From an uncultured Lachnospiraceae bacterium (GTDB taxonomy: Bacteria; Bacillota; Clostridia; Lachnospirales; Lachnospiraceae), in assembly GCA_934351835.1 (NCBI GenBank), contig CAKRJP010000007.1, positions 1,268 to 65,267 of the forward strand: a stretch of 64,000 nucleotides of DNA. Reading direction: 5' to 3'. The notes below the pieces were generated by a model. That model made no database searches, was not told where the DNA came from, and was given only the letters and a program-made list of their open reading frames with translations. Position 1 is the first letter of the stretch; every line of letters begins with the position of its first letter. Shown here piece after piece: positions 55,687 through 64,000 of this stretch. Position numbers and translations under genes: made by a program.

Positions 55687-57053
55687 CAAACAGACACAGA
55701 GAAACCAACAGGCGGTATGAGAAAAATCATGCCGCCTGTTTTTATCAGCAAAGGAGGTTGATAACCGCAACCATTCAATTTTTTGATCTCTTTAGCGGAA
55801 TCGGCGGATTCCGTGAAGGCTTAAGACGTGCAGGGGGATTTACCTGTGTCGGACACTGCGAGGTGGATACTTATGCGGATAAGAACTACCGATTGCTGTT
55901 TGACACAGAAGGGGAGTGGTATTGTAGTGATGCACGAACAATTGAACCAGAACGAATGCCGGATTTTGATCTGCTCTGTGCAGGATTTCCTTGCCAGGCA
56001 TTCTCTATCGCCGGAAAGCGAGAAGGATTTGCAGATGCAAGAGGAACCCTCTTTTTCGAGATTGCCCGGCTTCTTAAAGCTAAAAGACCCCAGTATTTTA
56101 TCCTTGAAAATGTTCCCGGCCTGCTTTCGCATGACAAGGGGCGGACATTTTGCACCATCCTCAGTACGCTTTCGCAACTGGGGTACCATGTCGAATGGAA
56201 AGTGCTTAACAGCAAGGATTTCGGAGTCCCCCAAGCAAGGAAACGGGTGTATATTGTCGGATATCTTGATTTCAGATGTGCCGGAAAAATATTACCTGAA
56301 CCAGAAACAAATGGAGCAGCTCTTATTCAAATCCGGGCAGGAAGTCAGGGGAAAAGAGTCTACAGTCCCAAAGGACTAAGCTGTACCCTGACATCACAGG
56401 CAGGTGGAATGGGCGGCAAGACAGGATTATATGATGTGGGTGTTCCAATTAAAGAAAATACAAAGCTCGGCTACAAACTTGCAAGAGAGGGTGACAGCAT
56501 CGATTTAGGCTATGCGAATCTCAACAGCAGGAGAGGAAGAGTCGGACATCAGATAGCACACACTCTGACTACAGGTATTCAACAGGGAACACTTCATTTC
56601 GTAGATTTGTCTCCACCACCACTGGTAACTGAAGAATGCAGAAGCCTTAATACCCGACAATGCGGAATCCACAAATACAAAGGAGAATGTTCCGGTGTAT
56701 TAAGAGAAGAAGGGGCAAGAGCAGTCCTTACACCAGCCAAAGAAAATGTCCGTCAGAACGGCAGACGTATGAAAGAACCAGAAGAACCGATGTTTACAAT
56801 TACTGCAACCGATCGTCATGGCATCTTGTATCACGGCAGAATAAGAAGGTTAGTTCCGAGGGAATGTCTGCGTCTGCAGGGTTATTACGACTGGCAGATT
56901 GATAAGATCATAGACAGCACTTCTGACGCACAGCTTTATAAACAGGCTGGAAACGGAGTAACTGTCAATGTTATCGAGGCAATTGGCAGATTGTTACAAA
57001 AGGCAGACTCCGAACTCAACACACAGGAAGTGTCTGAGAAAGGAATCTATTAG
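55680..57053 (+). CDS. dcm: DNA (cytosine-5)-methyltransferase
   Basis: Motif I is FDLFSGIGGF, motif IV is GFPCQAFS, motif VI is ENV and motif VIII is QARKRVYIVG. A long variable region follows, then motif X QAGNGV. The true start is uncertain because the tracked ATG lies about 30 codons before motif I. Confidence 0.9.
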   Translation: MVTNRHRETNRRYEKNHAACFYQQRRLITATIQFFDLFSGIGGFREGLRRAGGFTCVGHCEVDTYADKNYRLLFDTEGEWYCSDARTIEPERMPDFDLLCAGFPCQAFSIAGKREGFADARGTLFFEIARLLKAKRPQYFILENVPGLLSHDKGRTFCTILSTLSQLGYHVEWKVLNSKDFGVPQARKRVYIVGYLDFRCAGKILPEPETNGAALIQIRAGSQGKRVYSPKGLSCTLTSQAGGMGGKTGLYDVGVPIKENTKLGYKLAREGDSIDLGYANLNSRRGRVGHQIAHTLTTGIQQGTLHFVDLSPPPLVTEECRSLNTRQCGIHKYKGECSGVLREEGARAVLTPAKENVRQNGRRMKEPEEPMFTITATDRHGILYHGRIRRLVPRECLRLQGYYDWQIDKIIDSTSDAQLYKQAGNGVTVNVIEAIGRLLQKADSELNTQEVSEKGIY

Positions 57054-57055
57054 GC

Positions 57056-58012
57056 ATGATCGGTATAAAAGACCAATACTTTGGCACAGAAATCGAAATG
57101 ACAGGGATTACCAGACAACGTGCTGCAGAAGTTGTTGCTGAAATGTTTGGAACAGAAGCATATTATGACGGCACTACTTATGGAGTCTGGTCAGTGATAG
57201 ATCTGGAAGGAAAAAAGTGGAAATTTATGTCTGATGGGAGCATTTATACACAACGAAAAGTATACGGTCGAATTGTAGACGCAGGTGGAGAATATTCAAC
57301 AGAAATGGTATCTCCGAAATTATCCTATGATGAAATGGGTAAGTTACAGGAAGTAGTACGCTGTCTGCGACAGCATGGCGGTTTTGTAAATGAGTCCTGT
57401 GGTCAGCATGTTCATGTAGATGCATCGAATCATACACCGCAGAGTCTGAAAAATGCACTGACAATTATGTATGCAAAGGAAGATATCCTGTTCAAAGCAC
57501 TGAAAGTGCAGGAGAGAAGAGCAAATAGTTATTGTCAGAGGGTGCGACCGGAGGTATTAGAGAAAATCCGAAAAATACCAAATAGATCAATCACTATGGA
57601 TCGAGTAAGAAATGTCTGGTATGGAGGTAGGGATGGAAGTCATACCCATTATGATCATACCCGTTATTATGCTCTGAATCTTCATGCTGTGTTTTCCAAA
57701 GGAACTTTGGAATGGCGCTGTTTTGAAAGCACACTTCATGCAGGAAAGGTAAGAGCAAATATTACTCTGGCATTAGCCATTTCCGCACAGGCGATCAATC
57801 AGAGATCGACACAGATGAAAAAGACACTGATATCAGAAAACCCGGCATTTACATTTCGTACATTTTTATTGAGACTTGGGTTAATTGGAGACGAATATAA
57901 AAATGTCCGAAAACATCTGCTGGCAAATCTGGATGGTGATCTTGCGTGGCGATATGATAAAAGCACGTATGAGTGTCTGAAGAAAAATCAAAGGACGGAA
58001 GAAGTCAGATAG
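57056..58012 (+). CDS. Amidoligase family protein (Amidoligase_2-like, GS-fold)
   Basis: 318 aa with FGTEIEMTGI, STEMVSPKL, CGQHVHVD and LEWRCFESTLH. These match my recollection of the putative amidoligase family found on conjugative elements. Confidence 0.7.
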   Translation: MIGIKDQYFGTEIEMTGITRQRAAEVVAEMFGTEAYYDGTTYGVWSVIDLEGKKWKFMSDGSIYTQRKVYGRIVDAGGEYSTEMVSPKLSYDEMGKLQEVVRCLRQHGGFVNESCGQHVHVDASNHTPQSLKNALTIMYAKEDILFKALKVQERRANSYCQRVRPEVLEKIRKIPNRSITMDRVRNVWYGGRDGSHTHYDHTRYYALNLHAVFSKGTLEWRCFESTLHAGKVRANITLALAISAQAINQRSTQMKKTLISENPAFTFRTFLLRLGLIGDEYKNVRKHLLANLDGDLAWRYDKSTYECLKKNQRTEEVR

Positions 58013-58022
58013 AGGTGAAAAA

Positions 58023-58505
58023 ATGGAAGAAAGATATTATTTTGCTTATGGCAGCAACATGAATCTGGAGCAGATGAAGTACAGGTGTCCGGCTGCGGAA
58101 GTTGTGGAAAATGTCCGGCTTGAAAATTATCGGCTGGCATTTCGAGGAAGGGCTCCGGGCAATGGAGTAGCAACGGTGCTTCCGGAAAAAGGAAGCTGTG
58201 TGGATGGAGTCTTATGGAAAATCACAGAAGCTTGTGAAAAGAATCTGGATTTTTATGAAGGATTTCCGAATTTTTATGGGAAAGAAACCATTCAGGTAAA
58301 GGATCAGGCTGGAACTGCAAGGGAAGTATTCGTATACACGATGAACTCTCCTCATAAGGATGTTCCGGCAAGACCATCGAAATTTTATCTGGATGGAATT
58401 CTGGAAGGATGTCTGGAAAACGGTTTACCGACAAAGTCGGTGATGGATGCAGTAAAACGCACCAGAAAGGAAATGAAAAAAGCAGAAAAGCAATATACAA
58501 GATAA
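58023..58505 (+). CDS. Gamma-glutamylcyclotransferase (AIG2/GGACT-like)
   Basis: The N-terminus is YYFAYGSNMNLEQMKYRCP, with an E in the downstream YEGFP block. Confidence 0.8.
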   Translation: MEERYYFAYGSNMNLEQMKYRCPAAEVVENVRLENYRLAFRGRAPGNGVATVLPEKGSCVDGVLWKITEACEKNLDFYEGFPNFYGKETIQVKDQAGTAREVFVYTMNSPHKDVPARPSKFYLDGILEGCLENGLPTKSVMDAVKRTRKEMKKAEKQYTR

Positions 58506-58577
58506 ATGTTACCGCAGAGGGAGAGCCTTCTGCGGTATTTTACTGAACAATATATTTATTATAGGAAGGGAACATAC

Positions 58578-61500
58578 ATGAAGGTGAAGAATTTAAAAAC
58601 CAGAATCGCAGCCTTTGGACTGGCTGTCCTGATGGGCGTCAGTACCTTAAGTAGTGCCAATGCGTTTGCTGCCGAACAGACGGATGTAGGGCAGGAGGTA
58701 CAGGCATCCGAACAGGCGGTTACGAGTCAGAAAGAAAAGGCAGTTACGGCAGACGATATCACGAAAGAGATTTCGGATGAAACATTTGCAGCGGAAACCA
58801 GTATGGAAGGAATCCATTATGATGCAGAAAAAGAGGATGTTACGCTTATCAGCATCCAAGATGAAAATGGTGGGGAATACCATCCGGACAAAGCCGGAAC
58901 TTACATTGCCTCTTACATGGTTGTACCAAAGGATCAGAGTGACAGCTATACCATCAACCGAAAGGTGATCCTGACGGATACGGAAGGTCAGGCACATGCA
59001 CAGGACAATGGTGGGGAAAAGCAAAAATCAGATACAAAATCTGAAGATGATTCGGACTCGCCTGTGCAGAACTATACCGATGTAGAAATCGAGGCATCCG
59101 GGGAAGATGCATCTGCACAGGCAATCGAAGAATTCAAAGAGGACATCGAAGAGGGAAATGTCATGGTACTGTCTGCGGCTGAAAGAGCCACAAGCAGCGG
59201 TTCAACAGTCACACTGACAAAAGGAAGAACGATCTATTATCCAAGTTATCTTGGAAATTATCTTACTTGCCTGTTCACAGTCAATGGAAAGATTGCATAC
59301 TGTCTCCAGTCCCAGAAAGCATCCCCACCGAGTGGAAGTTATGTAGCACAGGTACTGGACAGCAATAAAAATTTGCAGAAAGTTCTTTATTATGGTTATG
59401 GCGGGGCAGGAGATCTGACAGGAAGTTATCTGGCTGGAAAAACGGAAGATGAAAAGTATGTGTATACACACATTGCAGCCAGCTACGCTTATGCAGGAGA
59501 AGCCGGATTTACCGGATGTAATTATAATGACCTTGTAAATGCAGGGGTTATCGCATATATCAATTATCTGTTCGGACAGGAAGAACCGCCAAAAGGTGAA
59601 CTGAGCCTTTCAAGCACAAAGCTGAATGCAGTACGGGATGGAAACTTCCAGAAAACACCAAATATCACACTGTCTGGAGATCACAGAAACTATGTGACAT
59701 TGAGTGTACCGGAAAATGTGACTGCACATAATCTTTCTAAAGGAACAAGTGTTACAAATGGAAAAATCCAGATTTATGGTGGAGATACATTCTATCTGTC
59801 TGCGGATTTATTACTGACAGGCAGTTATGCTTCCGGCAGCTTATATGGTTCTGTCGGAAAGACATGGAGAACGCTGGTGCTGACAACCGGAGATTCCAAG
59901 CAGGATATCGGTGTATTTGAAAGCGAAACAGCAGCTCCGGTAAGTTTCAGTGTACAGTGGCTTAATATGACACGCATTGAACTTATGAAAAAAGATGTCA
60001 ATACACAGAATCCGCTGTCGGGGGCAGTTTATGGTATTTATACTGATAAGAAGTGTGAAAACCTGCTTATGACAATGTCAGCAACCGGAACAGACGGAAA
60101 AGCAGTCAGTGATTATTTTGATTCCGCACTGAAAACTGTGTATGTAAAAGAGGTTACTGCTCCGACAGGGTACAAACTGAATACAGAAGTATATAAAGTA
60201 GATGTTGCAGCCGGAAAGACATTGACTGTAACAGCAACCGATGAGAGAGTCACCGGAAGGGTAAAAATCGCAAAGATCGATAAAGAAACACTTGCATTTA
60301 AAGCACAGGGGGACAGTGTTCTTCGTGGTGCGGTGTATGGTCTGTATGCCAAAGAGGACATCGTGCATCCGGATGGAACAACAGGAGTTCTGTATAAACA
60401 GGACAGCCTGATCGCGCAGGGAGTCATCGGAGATGATGGAACACTGGAGTTTTCAGAATTATACCTTGGAGAAATGTATGTAAAAGAAATCACTCCACCG
60501 GAAGGATATACACTGGATACTACAAGATATGAGGTATCCGTAACCTATGAGGGACAAGATGTTGCAGAAGTGACAAGAGACCTTACGGTAAAAGAGCAGG
60601 TAAAGAAACAGGCATTCCAGTTGATCAAAGTCAGTGAAGATGGAGAGCAGACAGAAACAGACCTGGTTGCAGGAGCAGGATTTAAGGTATATCTGATCAG
60701 CGACCTGACACAGGTGAAAAATGGGAAACTGAAACCGTCCAATGGAGAAAGCTATACAGCAAGTGATTTCAAGAATTATGACTTCAGCAAAGAGCAGGTT
60801 GCAGTTACTTATGAGAACGGAACCGCCGTACCAGTACCGGAACTGATCACGGATACCAAAGGATATGTAGTCAGCCCGGAACTGCCGTATGGAAGTTATG
60901 TTGTAGTGGAAAGCACTACCCCGGAGAATCTGAAAACCATTGATCCATTTGTTGTAAATGTGGAAAATGACAGCAGAGAACCAATGCAGTGGAGAGTATT
61001 TGATGACCGTCTGTTTGAATTCTTGTTGAAAATTGTAAAGAAGGATGCACAGACTGGAAATACAGTTTTAAAGGCTGGTGCCTCTTATAAGATTTACGAT
61101 GTGACAAATAAGAAATATGTGGAACAGGTTGTTCAGTATCCGAAGAAAGAAAAGATCAGTGTATTCGAAACAAACGAGGAAGGATATCTGATCACACCGC
61201 AGGAACTGAAGTGCTCTACCTATCGAATCGAAGAAGTGAAAGCACCGGAAGGATTTGTAAGACAGGGAAGCGAAGAGTCCCTGTATGATGGAACAACGAT
61301 TATTTCACCATTAGAGCAGACTACAAAAGGAACATATAAAGAAAATCCACAGAGCGGTATTGTAATTACAGTATCCTCAAACACTGCACATCAGATTGAT
61401 CCAGATACAGGAGCAGCGATCGTAGAGGTAGAACAGAAAAACGATGAACAGGTGGGAAGCCTGCTCCTGACGAAAAAAGGAGAACAGCTTACCGAAGTAA

Positions 61501-62948
61501 CAGGAGATTCTGTTCTGGAAAAAGTAAAGACGCTTGTGTCAAAGATAAAAAATGCGGTATCCGGGAAAGAAGAAACAGGTATCTATAAAGATTTTAAATA
61601 TGAAGAAACCGGAGTAGAAGGTGCCCAGTTTGAAGTATATGCTAAGGATACCATTTATTCACCGGATGGGGCAAAGGACGAGGAAGGAAATCTGCTTGTC
61701 CGTTACGAGAAAAATGACCTGGTAGCCAAACTGACTACAGACGAAAAGGGAATGGCAGTACTCAATAATCTGCCACTGGGAACGTATTATCTGAAAGAGG
61801 TTGTAGCAGGAGAGAATTTTGTCCTGAATACAGAACAGAAAGAATTTACCCTGACAGCAGAGGATGATACACAGGCAGTTGTTTATGAAGGCGTTACCTA
61901 TAAAAATGAAAGACAGAAAGTTTCCGTATCGGTAGAAAAGAAGGATTCTGTCACAGGAGAAAAGCTCGAAGGTGTTATTTTTGGACTGTATGCTGCGGAA
62001 GATATTCTTTCTAATCAGGGAGAGGTTCTCGTAGAGAAAGATACCCTGCTGGAAAAGAAAGCAACAGATACAAAGGGAACACTTACTTTCGACAGTGATC
62101 TTCCACATGGAAAATACTATGTCAAAGAGGAAGTCAGAAAAGCCGGATATCTTCCAAATGAAGAAGTAAGGAATGTAGACGCAACCTATGAAAATCAGAA
62201 TCTTGCAAAGATTGAACTGAACAAAGAAGTTGAGAATCAGCCGACAGAAACACGTATTACCAAAACAGATGCAACAACCGGAAATGAGCTGGAAGGAGCA
62301 AAACTGCAGGTCATTGATAAAGACGGAACTGTTTTGGAAGAGTGGATTAGTACGAAGGAAGAACATGTCATTTACGGACTGCCGGAAGGAAGTTATACCT
62401 TACATGAAGAACTGGCTCCTTATGAAGATGGTTATGTGTCTGCCAGCGATGTGACGTTTGAAGTCAAAGAAGATGGCAGTGTGACAAAGGTTGAGATGAA
62501 AGATGAATATTCCAAAGTGGAAATTTCAAAAACAGACCTAACAACCGGAAAAGAACTGGAAGGGGCAAAGCTTCAGATCATCCGAAAAGACGGAACTGTT
62601 CTGGAAGAGTGGATCACGGACGGAAAGCCACATTCTGTTGCGAAGCTTCCGGTCAATGAGGAACTTACCTTGCGTGAGATCACAGCACCGGATGGGTATG
62701 AGATTGCCGAAGATGTTACATTTACATTGAAAGATACGATGGAAGTGCAGAAAGTAGAAATGAAAGATGCCAGAACACCGGAGAAAACAACCGAAAAGAC
62801 CAATGCACCAAAAACAGGTGATAACCAGAAAGTATGGCCGTTTGTTCTGCTTGCACTGGCATCTGCCGGAACAGCTACAGGAGTGACTGTATACCGCAGA
62901 AAGAAGTCAAAAATGACAGACAACAAAGAAGAAACAGAAGAAAAATAA
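58578..62948 (+). CDS. Sortase-anchored giant surface adhesin with SpaA/Cna-B-type repeats
   Basis: ATG 58578 begins a signal peptide (MKVKNLKTRIAAFGLAVLMGVSTLSSANAFA). There are many repeats of the G(A/V)x(F/Y)x(L/V)Y...G(S/T)Y...E...AP.GY type. The C-terminus has APKTGD, a hydrophobic helix and RRKKSK. Confidence 0.85.
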   Translation: MKVKNLKTRIAAFGLAVLMGVSTLSSANAFAAEQTDVGQEVQASEQAVTSQKEKAVTADDITKEISDETFAAETSMEGIHYDAEKEDVTLISIQDENGGEYHPDKAGTYIASYMVVPKDQSDSYTINRKVILTDTEGQAHAQDNGGEKQKSDTKSEDDSDSPVQNYTDVEIEASGEDASAQAIEEFKEDIEEGNVMVLSAAERATSSGSTVTLTKGRTIYYPSYLGNYLTCLFTVNGKIAYCLQSQKASPPSGSYVAQVLDSNKNLQKVLYYGYGGAGDLTGSYLAGKTEDEKYVYTHIAASYAYAGEAGFTGCNYNDLVNAGVIAYINYLFGQEEPPKGELSLSSTKLNAVRDGNFQKTPNITLSGDHRNYVTLSVPENVTAHNLSKGTSVTNGKIQIYGGDTFYLSADLLLTGSYASGSLYGSVGKTWRTLVLTTGDSKQDIGVFESETAAPVSFSVQWLNMTRIELMKKDVNTQNPLSGAVYGIYTDKKCENLLMTMSATGTDGKAVSDYFDSALKTVYVKEVTAPTGYKLNTEVYKVDVAAGKTLTVTATDERVTGRVKIAKIDKETLAFKAQGDSVLRGAVYGLYAKEDIVHPDGTTGVLYKQDSLIAQGVIGDDGTLEFSELYLGEMYVKEITPPEGYTLDTTRYEVSVTYEGQDVAEVTRDLTVKEQVKKQAFQLIKVSEDGEQTETDLVAGAGFKVYLISDLTQVKNGKLKPSNGESYTASDFKNYDFSKEQVAVTYENGTAVPVPELITDTKGYVVSPELPYGSYVVVESTTPENLKTIDPFVVNVENDSREPMQWRVFDDRLFEFLLKIVKKDAQTGNTVLKAGASYKIYDVTNKKYVEQVVQYPKKEKISVFETNEEGYLITPQELKCSTYRIEEVKAPEGFVRQGSEESLYDGTTIISPLEQTTKGTYKENPQSGIVITVSSNTAHQIDPDTGAAIVEVEQKNDEQVGSLLLTKKGEQLTEVTGDSVLEKVKTLVSKIKNAVSGKEETGIYKDFKYEETGVEGAQFEVYAKDTIYSPDGAKDEEGNLLVRYEKNDLVAKLTTDEKGMAVLNNLPLGTYYLKEVVAGENFVLNTEQKEFTLTAEDDTQAVVYEGVTYKNERQKVSVSVEKKDSVTGEKLEGVIFGLYAAEDILSNQGEVLVEKDTLLEKKATDTKGTLTFDSDLPHGKYYVKEEVRKAGYLPNEEVRNVDATYENQNLAKIELNKEVENQPTETRITKTDATTGNELEGAKLQVIDKDGTVLEEWISTKEEHVIYGLPEGSYTLHEELAPYEDGYVSASDVTFEVKEDGSVTKVEMKDEYSKVEISKTDLTTGKELEGAKLQIIRKDGTVLEEWITDGKPHSVAKLPVNEELTLREITAPDGYEIAEDVTFTLKDTMEVQKVEMKDARTPEKTTEKTNAPKTGDNQKVWPFVLLALASAGTATGVTVYRRKKSKMTDNKEETEEK

Positions 62949-63033
62949 AATAAAAATTACAGGATAAACCAATCTGACAGGGCAGGAGATGTGCATAAAG
63001 CAGCTTCTGTCCTGTCTGTATATAAGGAGAAGA

Positions 63034-64000
63034 ATGATGAGACGTTTTTATACAGCAGAATCAGTAACAGAAGGACACCCAGACAAAGTATGCGATCAGA
63101 TAGCAGATGCAATCTTAGATGAATGTTTGCATTACGATCCATCTTCGAGAGTGGCGTGTGAAGTCCTTGCTACAAGAGGAAATGTGTTTGTAGCAGGAGA
63201 AATCACCAGCGAATATGAACCACCAGTGTTTGAAGTGATCCGAAAAGTTTTAGAAGAGTGTGGATATTGTACAGATGGGATAGAAATGGATACGTTTGTA
63301 CACCAGCAGAGTCCAGATATTGCGAAAGCAGTGAGTGTGTCGAAAGAATTTCGGGATAATATCGGCGCAAAATTAAGAGATAGAAGCAGGGGAGCTGGAG
63401 ATCAGGGTGTTATGGTCGGATATGCGTGTGATGATACTCCGCAGCTTATGCCAATGCCGACTGTTCTGGCACACCGGATCACACGTGAACTTTCGGCTTG
63501 CAGAAGAAGCGGATATATCAAAGATATCTTTTCGGATGGAAAAGCACAGGTAACCGTAGAATATGAAGATGGAAAACCAGTGAGACTGGAAAGTGTTGTT
63601 GTTTCCTGCCAGCATGGTGCAGAAAAGAACCTGAAGAAGTTAGATGCCGAGATCAGAGAGAAAGTGCTTCGCTCAGCACTCAGATTACTGCCGCCGGATG
63701 AGGATACGAAGATTCTGATCAATCCGTCAGGAAAATTTGTGTGCGGAGGATTTGATGCAGATACCGGACTGACCGGAAGAAAGCTGATGGTGGATACTTA
63801 TGGCAGTATGGTTCCGCATGGCGGCGGTGCATTTTCGGGAAAAGACTGTTCGAAAGTAGACCGTTCGGCAGCTTATATGGCAAGGTATATCGCCAAAAAT
63901 ATAGTAGCTGCTGAGTTTGCAAGCAAGTGTCAGGTGTCTTTGGCTTATGCAATCGGAGTAGCAGAGCCGGTTATGATTGAGGTAGACACCTTTGGTACAG
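63034..64000 (+). CDS. metK: S-adenosylmethionine synthetase paralogue (3' end outside the window)
   Basis: This is an open frame that is absent from the ORF track because it has no stop inside the window. It contains MMRRFYTAESVTEGHPDKVCDQIAD, GAGDQGVMVGYA, DTGLTGRK and GGGAFSGKDCSKVDRSAAY. The start is ATG 63034 or 63037. Confidence 0.85.
   Translation, partial: MMRRFYTAESVTEGHPDKVCDQIADAILDECLHYDPSSRVACEVLATRGNVFVAGEITSEYEPPVFEVIRKVLEECGYCTDGIEMDTFVHQQSPDIAKAVSVSKEFRDNIGAKLRDRSRGAGDQGVMVGYACDDTPQLMPMPTVLAHRITRELSACRRSGYIKDIFSDGKAQVTVEYEDGKPVRLESVVVSCQHGAEKNLKKLDAEIREKVLRSALRLLPPDEDTKILINPSGKFVCGGFDADTGLTGRKLMVDTYGSMVPHGGGAFSGKDCSKVDRSAAYMARYIAKNIVAAEFASKCQVSLAYAIGVAEPVMIEVDTFGT

Larger units (their letters stand above)
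53280..64000 (+). mobile_element. Conjugative-element or plasmid-like module (partial, continues past the window end)
   Basis: All genes are co-directional. They encode ParM, RHH-like proteins, an orphan Dcm, amidoligase plus GGCT, a sortase-anchored giant adhesin and a MetK paralogue. No recombinase or T4SS gene lies inside the window. Confidence 0.55.

Noticed and set aside
55423-56379. Antisense and alternative-frame ORFs around the acidic tail and dcm (55423..55770, 55433..55708, 55821..56234, 55828..56379, 55886..56215)
   Set aside because: They are repeat-driven or shadow frames. The dcm frame carries all the canonical methyltransferase motifs.
61659-62366. 235-aa minus-strand ORF inside the adhesin gene
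   Set aside because: It is a Phe/Ile/Cys-rich shadow ORF of a repeat-rich, signal-peptide-to-sorting-signal CDS.

Overview
This 64-kb window looks like a spore-forming Firmicute of the Clostridia, with Lachnospiraceae-like gene content (bofA, cwlD, mecA, a GH18 spore-cortex-type hydrolase, ior-paaK, a Tad/Flp pilus locus, anaerobic nrdDG). All product calls come from reading motifs in the supplied translations; no database search was run. Positions 1 to about 47.6 kb are mostly core chromosome. They carry an AI-2E permease, a giant TPR/poly-acidic/AAA-like protein, glgB, trmB, a stand-alone tRNA-Lys(CUU), nrdD and nrdG, iorAB-paaK and deoB. They also carry an OpuC-type ABC transporter coupled to metY, perR-rubrerythrin, an NlpC/P60 peptidase with WalR-type boxes, mecA, cell-wall and sporulation genes, tsaC and a Tad (cpaE-like/cpaF/tadB/tadC/flp) locus. 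Two accessory regions stand out. (1) A small AT-rich three-gene operon sits just downstream of tRNA-Lys (9.87-11.57 kb). It encodes a 145-aa protein with an ABC signature (LSGG), a minimal P-loop plus Toprim-like protein, and a DUF1294-like membrane protein. (2) From about 47.7 kb the Tad locus stops abruptly after a short Flp-like pilin ORF. A visibly AT-rich island (47.7-53.3 kb) follows, carrying a NERD-like SF1 helicase tightly coupled to an unrecognised 218-aa partner, a polytopic membrane protein, and a small protein with the motif order of class III nucleotidyl cyclases. After that comes a conjugative-element or plasmid-like module running to the window end. It encodes ParM, ribbon-helix-helix-like proteins, an orphan Dcm methyltransferase, an amidoligase plus gamma-glutamylcyclotransferase pair, a 1456-aa sortase-anchored adhesin and a partial MetK paralogue. 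I also see a dense cluster of consensus DnaA boxes away from any dnaA gene. I found no CRISPR array, rRNA, transposase or integrase in the window. The best candidates for an undescribed system are the cyclase-like/membrane pair, the helicase/partner pair and the tRNA-adjacent split ATPase operon.
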